Below are positions 11,839-18,912 of a stretch of DNA of 64,000 nt, one piece after another. The notes under the pieces were generated by a model, which saw only the letters and a program-made list of their open reading frames with translations, ran no database searches and was not told where the DNA came from. Position numbers and translations under genes: made by a program. Location of the stretch: contig JACOWW010000005.1 in NCBI GenBank assembly GCA_016176605.1, positions 127 through 64,126 on the forward strand, in the 5' to 3' direction. The stretch's first letter is position 1; every line of letters begins with the position of its first letter. Origin of the DNA: Candidatus Saccharimonadota bacterium (GTDB lineage: Bacteria; Patescibacteriota; Saccharimonadia; Saccharimonadales; UBA10212).

Positions 11839-12318
11839 ATGAACAAAAAACAGAAAGGGTTCGGTGCAGTTGAAGGTTTATTAATAATTATCGTTCTGGC
11901 GATTATAGGGGTAGTTGGCTGGATTGTATACAACAACTATCATAAAGTACCAACTATCACTTCCAATCCAAAAACTAACTCATACGCAATCTTGCCGCCT
12001 GCCACAGTGCCTTCCAAAGCAAGGCTATGTAGCGACTCCACAGAGCAACAAGTTGCTACAGGCTTAAGCGTCAACTTAACTTGCAGCAGTGGCGATCTCA
12101 ATATTGTAGCTTGGGAACGAGCTGCCAAGGCAGAAGGCGGTAAGCCAGTTATGATGACCCTAGGTTATGACGCGACAGCCTCACAGGTTTGCAATGCCTA
12201 TGGGGCCAACTTCGTAACTGGGACATTGGCTAGTGAAGTTTACCAGCTGGCGGCTCAATACTATGGATGGCATTTTACAGAAGATCCAACAGTGGCAGCA
12301 TTGAATGGTAAGTGTTAA
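11839..12318 (+). CDS. Type IV pilin-like / pseudopilin protein
   Basis: The N-terminus 'MNKKQKG|FGAVEGLLIIIVLAIIG' fits a prepilin cleavage/methylation signal (G, then F, with E at +5, then a hydrophobic helix). The C-terminal domain has four Cys. Confidence 0.7.
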   Translation: MNKKQKGFGAVEGLLIIIVLAIIGVVGWIVYNNYHKVPTITSNPKTNSYAILPPATVPSKARLCSDSTEQQVATGLSVNLTCSSGDLNIVAWERAAKAEGGKPVMMTLGYDATASQVCNAYGANFVTGTLASEVYQLAAQYYGWHFTEDPTVAALNGKC

Positions 12319-12440
12319 AGCGAAACTCCCACCTTTCGCCCACTGTGCAAATACTCCTGATGCGGCACCTCAAGTATTTTCCTCCAACATACTCCACTAC
12401 GCTTATTGTTATTAACCAAAACAGCTTTTACAATTAGGTG

Positions 12441-13235
12441 GTGAAACAAACGCAGCGTGGATTTGCCATTTTTGAGTTGCTTATTGCTGTTTTTGTCATC
12501 GTTATTATAGCCGTTGCTGGTTTTTTCTTTGTTAAAAATAAACCGGCAAATAAAGATGATGGTAAAACAACTTCTATCTCTACCACAAGTTCTGAAACCA
12601 ACACAAAAACGGACAGCGCAAAGATTAAGCATTTGGGCGTAAATTTAGATTATTATGATCCCGCTACCAAAAAAGCGGGTGATTTTCTGTTCACCAATGC
12701 CGAAGTATTTGCTAATCAGATTTTTATGAACTACGGGTACTTAATACCTGCTTCGCCTGACTACCCTGCAAAGCGGAACCCACAACCGACTTTTTTCTTA
12801 CCTTTAGGAACGAAGGTGCATTCACTCGTAGATGGCAAGGTTTTTAGAGTGCCCAAACTATATAGTGATGATTACAGCGTGCAGGTGCAGACGGAGGGAA
12901 GCGAGCTTATATTTGAAGCCGAGCATGTTGTTAACGTCAAGGTCAAAGAAGGCGACACAGTCAAGGCGGGTGATATTATTGCCGAAGTAAGTCCCTTTGG
13001 CTCACAATCTGGAAGTGGCTTGGGATTATTTGAAATCGGTATCTTAAAGGGTGGTAACCCGCCGTCCCACATTTGTCCGTTTGATTATCTTGATGATTCA
13101 ATCAAAGATGATCTGCTGAAAAAAATTACCGCCTTCCAAAAATCATGGGAGGAATATAAGGGGAATAGTAATATTTATGATGAGTCGCAAGTCGTTATTC
13201 CCGGCTGTGTTAGTCGTGACCCAATTGAAGGCTAG
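12441..13235 (+). CDS. Pilin-like N-terminus fused to a degenerate M23/LytM-like beta-barrel domain
   Basis: It has the prepilin signal 'KQTQRG|FAIFELLIAVFVIVII'. The C-terminal segment 'GTKVHSLVDGKV...VKVKEGDTVKAGDIIAEV...LGLFEIGI' resembles M23 but lacks the His ligands. The start was set at GTG 12441, 6 nt after TACAAT; GTG 12438 is also possible. Confidence 0.65.
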   Translation: MKQTQRGFAIFELLIAVFVIVIIAVAGFFFVKNKPANKDDGKTTSISTTSSETNTKTDSAKIKHLGVNLDYYDPATKKAGDFLFTNAEVFANQIFMNYGYLIPASPDYPAKRNPQPTFFLPLGTKVHSLVDGKVFRVPKLYSDDYSVQVQTEGSELIFEAEHVVNVKVKEGDTVKAGDIIAEVSPFGSQSGSGLGLFEIGILKGGNPPSHICPFDYLDDSIKDDLLKKITAFQKSWEEYKGNSNIYDESQVVIPGCVSRDPIEG

Positions 13236-13241
13236 TGCTTC

Positions 13242-13280
13242 TTAATAAAAAATCCTCAAAACTTGAGGATTTTTTATTAA
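13242..13280 (+). terminator. Rho-independent (bidirectional) terminator
   Basis: The sequence is TTAATAAAAAATCCTCAA-AACT-TGAGGATTTTTTATTAA. Confidence 0.8.
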
Positions 13281-13308
13281 GAGTTTTGTGAGGTGGTTTT
13301 GGTTTTTT

Positions 13309-13443
13309 TTAACGGCTACGCAAGTCAGATACTTTGGCGTTGCCGCTAACTATCGCGATAGCAATCGCCAGAAGCAGTACGCCAACGCCAGCCATTAGCA
13401 CAAAAAGGCCCAGTGCGACAGGCGAGCTCCAATCCCAAGTCAT
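13309..13443 (-). CDS. Possible 44-aa single-pass membrane peptide
   Basis: This ORF is below the track cutoff. A GAGGGG SD lies 8 nt before the ATG. The sequence is 'MTWDWSSPVALGLFVLMAGVGVLLLAIAIAIV...'. Confidence 0.3.
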   Translation of the reverse strand: MTWDWSSPVALGLFVLMAGVGVLLLAIAIAIVSGNAKVSDLRSR

Positions 13444-13519
13444 AGGTGATTCCCCTCTACCCACCGCTTACCTATTTGTGCCTTTACGATAACGCTTATT
13501 TATAAATTATGCAACTTTT

Positions 13520-13605
13520 TGGTGGGCGGGGAGGGACTTGAACCCTCAAGCCTTTTGGGCACAGCATTTTAAGTGCTGCGCGTATACCTGTTCCGCCACC
13601 CGCCC
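13520..13605 (-). tRNA. tRNA-Leu(TAA), CCA encoded
   Basis: Manual fold: acceptor GGGCGGG/CCCGCCC, anticodon loop CTTAAAA, long variable arm. Confidence 0.88.
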
Positions 13606-13607
13606 GG

Positions 13608-13681
13608 TGGAGGCGCGTACGAGAGTTGCACTCGTGTTGAAGCTTTTGCAGAGCTTTGCCTAACTCCTCGGCCAACGCGCC
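13608..13681 (-). tRNA. tRNA-Cys(GCA), CCA encoded, non-canonical T-loop
   Basis: Manual fold: acceptor GGCGCGT/ACGCGCC, anticodon loop CTGCAAA. The T arm is ACGAG-TGCAACT-CTCGT. Only 2 nt separate its CCA from G1 of tRNA-Leu. Confidence 0.8.
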
Positions 13682-13737
13682 TTAAACATAGTATATACTA
13701 CTATAATTTTGTTATGGTAAAGACGAAATTACTCCAT

Positions 13738-13743
13738 TATAAT
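13738..13743 (+). promoter_or_regulatory. -10 box TATAAT placed 6 nt before ATG 13750 (leaderless-type)
   Basis: The sequence is TATAAT-TAGAGT-ATG. Confidence 0.45.
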
Positions 13744-13749
13744 TAGAGT

Positions 13750-14250
13750 ATGCCGAAAAAACGTTCTTGGACAGATAACCAGCTTATCGAAGCCGTAACA
13801 AGATGTAAAAGCTACCGAAGTGTTTTAATTGAATTGAAGCTTATACCTGCTGGTGGTAATTATGATCAAATAAAGCGCCGCGTAAAAGAATTGCAAATTT
13901 CTACAGACCATTTTACCGGAAAAGGTTGGAATGTTGGAGGAATGTTTATTCCCAGGCCTGCACCACCCGTGGAAATTTTACTGGTGGAGAATAGTGATGT
14001 GCAGAGTTACAAACTCAAGGCGAAGCTCTTCGCTAAAGACCTGAAAAAACCCAAATGCGAACTATGTGGATGGGCTGAAGAAGCTCCAGATGGCAGAATT
14101 CCAGTGGAACTTGATCATGTTAATGGAGTTCGCAGAGACAATCGGTTAGAGAACTTGCGTATACTTTGTCCAAATTGCCATAGCTTGCAGCCAACACATC
14201 GAGGGAAGAACAAGAAAGTAAGCTTATCAAATTTAATAGCGGCTGAATAA
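13750..14250 (+). CDS. HNH endonuclease (homing-endonuclease-like)
   Basis: It has the C-terminal HNH motif 'CELCGW...ELDHVNGVRRDNRLENLRILCPNCH'. It is a free-standing gene in a tRNA cluster. Confidence 0.85.
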   Translation: MPKKRSWTDNQLIEAVTRCKSYRSVLIELKLIPAGGNYDQIKRRVKELQISTDHFTGKGWNVGGMFIPRPAPPVEILLVENSDVQSYKLKAKLFAKDLKKPKCELCGWAEEAPDGRIPVELDHVNGVRRDNRLENLRILCPNCHSLQPTHRGKNKKVSLSNLIAAE

Positions 14251-14255
14251 GCCTT

Positions 14256-14283
14256 GTGGGTTCGAATCCCACCTCGCCCACCA
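14256..14283 (+). pseudogene. Orphan tRNA 3' fragment (T arm, acceptor 3' strand and CCA)
   Basis: GTGGG-TTCGAAT-CCCAC-CTCGCCC-A-CCA starts 5 nt after the HNH stop. No matching 5' half (GGGCGAG...) lies upstream. Confidence 0.7.
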
Positions 14284-14398
14284 CACTTCGCCAAGGCTTC
14301 GTGTGGCAGGCCACACATAGCTTCAAGCGGTGGTGGAAGCAGGCCACGCATGAGAAATGCGAAGTGCGCCGCCCGTAGCTTTAGCGAAGGGTGGCTTA

Positions 14399-16204
14399 TT
14401 ATTTAATAGCTTGGCGTTTTTGGCGGACCATCCAATTTTCGACATTATAAAAGCGGTCCGCCGCTCCATTATCTACTTTGCGGTCATAACCGTAGACTGG
14501 ACCGCGGGTAACGTATATATAGTTTGGTTGATAAAGGGCCAACGCCGGAACATCTGTAGTCCAGGCAGTCAAAAAAGCTTTGTACTTAACCTCACGGACG
14601 GCATTATCTGTCCGGGTTCGTCCAGCCTCTAAAGCCTCATCGGCAGACGAGGATTTGTATTCACTCAGATTGGAATGTCCTTGTGAGGTAATACTAGCCT
14701 GCGAGCTATCCCAGTAAGCAAAGACATCCGGGTCAGCGCCAATATTTATGCCGTATACCAAAATGTCATAATCATGCGTGGCGACAACCTGGCCCTGCAA
14801 ATCATCGCCGCTGTAGTAAGTGAGATTAATTTTGACGCCTAATTTCTCCCATTGCTGCTGCAAATATTGAGACGTTAAAGAGTACTGCCGAGTATCTTGC
14901 GAGCGCAACGTGAATTCCAAAACCTTACCGTCTTTGTAACGTAGATTCTTATCTCCGCGTTTGTAGCCAGCTTGGTCCAGCAGCTGGTTGGCTTCATCGT
15001 AGTTGTAGCCGCGCTGGATAATATCGGGATTATAGCCTACTTGTCCCCGCAAAATCGGGCTATCTACCAACCCCGTGGGCTGGCCGGCTATAGTGACCAG
15101 CTGTTGCCTATCAACCCCCGAAGCCAGAGCTTTGCGGACGAGGGCCTCTGCCAGCGCACCGCGCGAATTATTAAAAAAAGCCATCACGATACTGGTCAAC
15201 GGCGTGGTATAAGCTTGCACACCTTTATCATTTTTCAGTTCATCCGGTATGGCTTCCAGGCCGCTCATAGCACTGACCTGCTTTTTTTTAAAGGCCGCTA
15301 TAAGCAGCTTTTCATCGCCATAAGTAATTAAATTAAAGCCATCTAATTTTGGCCTGCCGCCCCCGTATTTATCAAAAGCCGCCAGCGTAATTCTTTGTTG
15401 CCGGTCAGTAGTAGGACTGCCCAAAACTTCGACAAACTTCCATTCAAACGGCCCAGCGCCCACCGGCGCTGCATTAAACGGCGAACTCCTAAGAGAGGCC
15501 GCCGGAATATCTTTAAGCAAATGCTCTGGAATAATGCCGCCTGTCAGTGAGTGCGGGAATGAAGCCAGCGGGTTGGGCAAATCAAAGTTGACGGTGTGAT
15601 CGTCTGGCGCTGAAACATCTATATCCTTCCAGGCGTTATAAAGTGATGATTGGGCTTCAATATTTTTAATAGTGTTATATGTAAAGACAACGTCAGCCGA
15701 TGTCAGCGGTTTAGTGTCGTGCCAAGCCAGGTTTTTTTTAAGATGCACTGTGTAGTGCGTTGGAGCCGGCCCCATTGTCCAGTCCTGGGCTAAATTTCCC
15801 ACTAAATTATTAGCGTTATCGTATTTGAGCAGGCCGGCAAAAACTAATCGGCTGATGGCAGAATCGGGCGCACTGGAAGCATAAAGCGGATTAGCATTGG
15901 TAAAGGTGCCGACAATACCCTCGGTGTAGATACCGCCCGGCACCGGTTGCATTGATTGGTAGTAGGGCGAAAGCGCCCGCGATTGGAAAAAGGTTGCCAA
16001 AATGAGCACCACGAACAGTAAAGTCCACAAAAAAACAAAGCGGCGGACTGATAGTAAGCGGTCAAAACGCCTCAGTAACAGTTTTTCGATCTGTTGGTCG
16101 GCAGCCTGCGAGAACTCCAGCGCGCCGCGGCGGCTTTTACGAAATCCCCGGCGCCAGCCTTGCCTGCCGGCCGGCAGGCGCTTTTTGGTCGCGTCATCCA
16201 CCAT
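14399..16204 (-). CDS. ABC-type solute-binding protein, family 5 (peptide/nickel type), TM-anchored
   Basis: The body is SBP_bac_5-like over about 500 aa. A basic N-terminus and one TM helix replace a lipoprotein signal. No permease or ATPase gene is adjacent. Confidence 0.8.
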   Translation of the reverse strand: MVDDATKKRLPAGRQGWRRGFRKSRRGALEFSQAADQQIEKLLLRRFDRLLSVRRFVFLWTLLFVVLILATFFQSRALSPYYQSMQPVPGGIYTEGIVGTFTNANPLYASSAPDSAISRLVFAGLLKYDNANNLVGNLAQDWTMGPAPTHYTVHLKKNLAWHDTKPLTSADVVFTYNTIKNIEAQSSLYNAWKDIDVSAPDDHTVNFDLPNPLASFPHSLTGGIIPEHLLKDIPAASLRSSPFNAAPVGAGPFEWKFVEVLGSPTTDRQQRITLAAFDKYGGGRPKLDGFNLITYGDEKLLIAAFKKKQVSAMSGLEAIPDELKNDKGVQAYTTPLTSIVMAFFNNSRGALAEALVRKALASGVDRQQLVTIAGQPTGLVDSPILRGQVGYNPDIIQRGYNYDEANQLLDQAGYKRGDKNLRYKDGKVLEFTLRSQDTRQYSLTSQYLQQQWEKLGVKINLTYYSGDDLQGQVVATHDYDILVYGINIGADPDVFAYWDSSQASITSQGHSNLSEYKSSSADEALEAGRTRTDNAVREVKYKAFLTAWTTDVPALALYQPNYIYVTRGPVYGYDRKVDNGAADRFYNVENWMVRQKRQAIK

Positions 16205-16229
16205 CTATACTCGCTCCATTGATGGTCTA

Positions 16230-16445
16230 CTACTGGGCGACAATTGTTATCAAAATGCTAGCAGCAAAGATAAAAACTAAGATGATAGTCAGCTGGTGCA
16301 ATGTTTTGTCTGACCCGCGCCGAATGGTGTTGACTTCGCCGCTACCGCCCAAACCGGCCCCCAAGCTAGCGCCCCGTGTTTGAATCAAGATCAAAATTAT
16401 CAGCAGCACGACCGAGACGATGGTTACATAATTCCAAATATTCAC
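16230..16445 (-). CDS. secG: Preprotein translocase subunit SecG
   Basis: The 71-aa protein has two TM helices and 'LIQTRGASLGAGLGGSG'. A GGAGG SD precedes the GTG start. Confidence 0.85.
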   Translation of the reverse strand: MNIWNYVTIVSVVLLIILILIQTRGASLGAGLGGSGEVNTIRRGSDKTLHQLTIILVFIFAASILITIVAQ

Positions 16446-16488
16446 AACGCACCTCCGGCGCCATTAACCATTTTCGATTTACCTTTTA

Positions 16489-16562
16489 CCCCAGCATTAA
16501 AGCTTGATGTTCCATAATCTGATTGCAGACTACTCCACTCAGGTTCTAATGCGGGGCAAGCC
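16489..16562 (-). repeat. Hairpin element copy B
   Basis: See the finding. It lies in the intercistronic spacer between the DUF360-like gene and secG. Confidence 0.8.
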
Positions 16563-16570
16563 ATACATTT

Positions 16571-16654
16571 ACCATTAACTATTAACCATTGATCGTGGAT
16601 AACGGAAAACGGATAACGCACGGTAAATGGTGAAAGGTGAACGGTCAACGGTTG
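16571..16654. repeat. Degenerate heptanucleotide tract
   Basis: It reads ACCATTA ACTATTA ACCATTG ... GGATAAC GGAAAAC GGATAAC, then GCACGGT AAATGGT GAAAGGT GAACGGT CAACGGT. Confidence 0.75.
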
Positions 16655-16656
16655 AT

Positions 16657-17022
16657 TCATGTTTCCTCCATAATTTTGGTTACCAAGAAGTTAACCAACC
16701 CAACAATTATACCAGTAACAATGGCCACGCCGAGGTTTTTGACGTACAAAGGATCGTATAACCAGCTGGCAATTAAAATCAAAAAGCCGTTTAGCACCAG
16801 CATGAACAGTCCAAGGCTGAAGATGATGGCCGGGAAAGATAGGATAACTAAAATCGGCTTTAGCGCCATGTTGACTAAGGCCAAGAAGAACCCAGCGCCA
16901 ATTACCGTACCAACACCTATGCCTACGCTCAACCGGTCAGGCCCCAGTAGTGAAGCGGCGATCCACAGTCCAAGTCCAGAAATAATCCAGCGGACAAAGA
17001 AATGCGTTAAGAAATGCTGCAT
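16657..17022 (-). CDS. DUF360 / phage-holin-4-2 family membrane protein
   Basis: The small protein has four TM helices with a family-like layout. The start was set at ATG 17022, 8 nt after TACAAT; the listed TTG at 17040 is an alternative. Confidence 0.65.
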   Translation of the reverse strand: MQHFLTHFFVRWIISGLGLWIAASLLGPDRLSVGIGVGTVIGAGFFLALVNMALKPILVILSFPAIIFSLGLFMLVLNGFLILIASWLYDPLYVKNLGVAIVTGIIVGLVNFLVTKIMEET

Positions 17023-17238
17023 TTGCTCTAATTGTATCAAAGGCGCTTGCCCTTATCTTTTTTCGGCCGCTGCCTCACCGTGAGTAGCTGTTGGTCAAAA
17101 CCGAGCTCGCCTTTGGAACTCCTCCCCCGACGTATCGTCGGGGTTCGTCAAACATCCAAAGGAGGCCAAGCCCGCTCAGTTTTGACAACATCTAATCAGG
17201 GCTCGTTAGATGTCCGAAAAAAGCTAGGGCTTGCTTGG

Positions 17239-18696
17239 TTATTTCATGACAGCGAAGTATTTTGCTAAGGCTTTGGCCATTTTGGGGCCTATTACCTGTC
17301 TTAGGTCGGCTTTACTGGCGACTACCACACCACGCGTCGAGCCAAATCGTTTAATAAGCTTTTTGCGCGTTACCGGCCCGATGCCCGGTATGTCATCAAG
17401 TTGGCTGGCTGTTTGGCGGTGAGCTCTTAGCGTGCTGTGATAGCTAATAGCAAAACGGTGCGATTCGTCGCGGATGCGCTGCAGTAGCTTCACGAGATGG
17501 GAATTTGCTGGCAAATTAATCACTTCATAAGTATTATTTTTCGAGATAATTACTTCTTCGAAGCGTTTGGCTAGGCCAATCATCGGAATTTGCGATAGAT
17601 TCGCATTATTTCTGGCTTGCATGGCAGCGGATAATTGCCCTTTACCGCCGTCAATTAAAACCAGGTCCGGTATTCCCCATTTTCTGCGATTTACTTCGCG
17701 AAAACGCCTGCTAACGGCTTCACGCATGTGGGCAAAGTCATCGTTGCCAGGCAGTCTCATTTTGAATTTGCGGTAATCGGTTTTGCACGGCACGCCATTT
17801 ATAAAAACCACCAGGCTGGCTGTTGTATCCGTGCCTTGGATATGGCTGATATCAAAACCTTCTATCCTCCTCGGCGGTTCTTTAAGTTTGAGCAGTTGAG
17901 TCAACTCGGTAAGCGCCAGGTCCTTGCTAGCGTCCAGCGTCTCGTGGTCGGAAAATATTACTTGGCGATTTAATGCTTGCAGTGAGAACAGTTGGTTGCG
18001 CAGTTTGGCGGCAGTTTCAAAATCTTTGGCTTTAGCCGCTCGTTTCATATCTCGCCCGATTTCACGCACCAAAGCCACCCGATTACCGCGCAGATATTGC
18101 ATCAGCTTACGAAGGTTAGCGCGGTAATCTTCCAAGCTAGTCCGGTCCTCTTCCAGCCCCGGATCCAAGCCCAAATGGTAATGCAAGCTGGCCCTCCGCC
18201 GGCTGGCGGATTGGTTAAGCGGCTTAGAAATGGCGTAGGGGAAGGCCCGGCGTAAGAAACGCAAGGCTTTTTTGACTTCGAAGGTACTTATATATGGCCC
18301 AAAATACTGCGCGCCGTCATCCAGCGGCCGGCGGCTAAATGTGACAGTTGGGTAATCACTTTTATAATCAATCCGTACGTAGCTCAGGCTTTTATCATCG
18401 CGCAATAAGATGTTATAAGGCGGCATGTAGCGCCGCACCATTTCGGCCTCTAAAAACAGCGCGTCAACTTCGGTTTCGACCGGCGTCCAATCAATGTCAG
18501 CAACTTCCTTAATCAGAGCGGCTGTTTTTGCGTCAGCAACCCTGAGCGAAGTCGAAGGGTGGAAATATTGGCGTACCCGATTGCGAAGGTTTGCCGCCTT
18601 GCCAATATAAATAATCTCCCCAGCGGCATTTTTATGAAAATACACCCCGGGCGAACTCGGTAGCTTGGCTAATTTATTCTCCAGTTTCTTACTCAT
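17239..18696 (-). CDS. uvrC: Excinuclease ABC subunit C (short form)
   Basis: It has the GIY-YIG N-terminus ('GVYFHKN...IIYIGKAANLRNRV'), an RNase-H-like endonuclease domain and a C-terminal (HhH)2 'IPGIGPVTRKKLIKRFGS'. A GGAG SD precedes ATG 18696. Confidence 0.92.
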   Translation of the reverse strand: MSKKLENKLAKLPSSPGVYFHKNAAGEIIYIGKAANLRNRVRQYFHPSTSLRVADAKTAALIKEVADIDWTPVETEVDALFLEAEMVRRYMPPYNILLRDDKSLSYVRIDYKSDYPTVTFSRRPLDDGAQYFGPYISTFEVKKALRFLRRAFPYAISKPLNQSASRRRASLHYHLGLDPGLEEDRTSLEDYRANLRKLMQYLRGNRVALVREIGRDMKRAAKAKDFETAAKLRNQLFSLQALNRQVIFSDHETLDASKDLALTELTQLLKLKEPPRRIEGFDISHIQGTDTTASLVVFINGVPCKTDYRKFKMRLPGNDDFAHMREAVSRRFREVNRRKWGIPDLVLIDGGKGQLSAAMQARNNANLSQIPMIGLAKRFEEVIISKNNTYEVINLPANSHLVKLLQRIRDESHRFAISYHSTLRAHRQTASQLDDIPGIGPVTRKKLIKRFGSTRGVVVASKADLRQVIGPKMAKALAKYFAVMK

Positions 18697-18793
18697 ATTT
18701 GCTCCAATATGATAACAAAGGTTTGTCACCTTAAACGTAAGGTGTTATTATTTAGCGGACTATTAACTAACAGGAAGAAAGGAGCAGCCAAAA

Positions 18794-18847
18794 ATGAAAA
18801 TTGAAAAATATTACCTAGCAGACCTGGTTGCTCCAGCAGCCTGTTAA
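18794..18847 (+). CDS. Possible 17-aa upstream ORF (MKIEKYYLADLVAPAAC)
   Basis: A strong GAAAGGAG SD lies 7 nt before the ATG. The ORF lies 65 nt upstream of the ABC exporter gene. It is too short to score. Confidence 0.3.
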   Translation: MKIEKYYLADLVAPAAC

Positions 18848-18912
18848 CTGCTTTAATAAACACTTCTTCAACAAAAATTTGCTATTTAACGCGCGACTAG
18901 GAGGCCGCGCCC

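Noticed and set aside
13703-13747. TATAAT, N6, ATG geometry at 13703-13717 opens a 10-codon ORF (MVKTKLLHYN).
   Set aside because: It is too short to support as a gene, and it lies in the promoter region shared by the tRNA-Cys/Leu and HNH transcription units. The match may simply be a second -10-like box.
14256-14283. The orphan T-arm/acceptor/CCA fragment might have been the 3' end of tmRNA.
   Set aside because: Position 70 is C, so there is no G3:U70 alanine identity pair. No matching 5' acceptor strand, pseudoknots or tag reading frame lie upstream.
14115-14632. ORFs 14115-14351, 14120-14347 (-) and 14357-14632 (+).
   Set aside because: They overlap the HNH gene 3' end, the tRNA fragment, hairpin-rich spacer DNA, or the antisense strand of the solute-binding-protein gene. 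None has an SD or a recognisable motif.
16442-16660. Track ORFs 16442-16660 and 41994-42260 share the peptide 'ACPAL.PE.SSLQSDYG', which suggested a conserved small protein.
   Set aside because: The similarity comes from reading through the repeated hairpin element. Copies A and C of the same element fall in other frames with stops. The differences between copies preserve base pairing rather than codons. Neither ORF has an SD or a sensible start.
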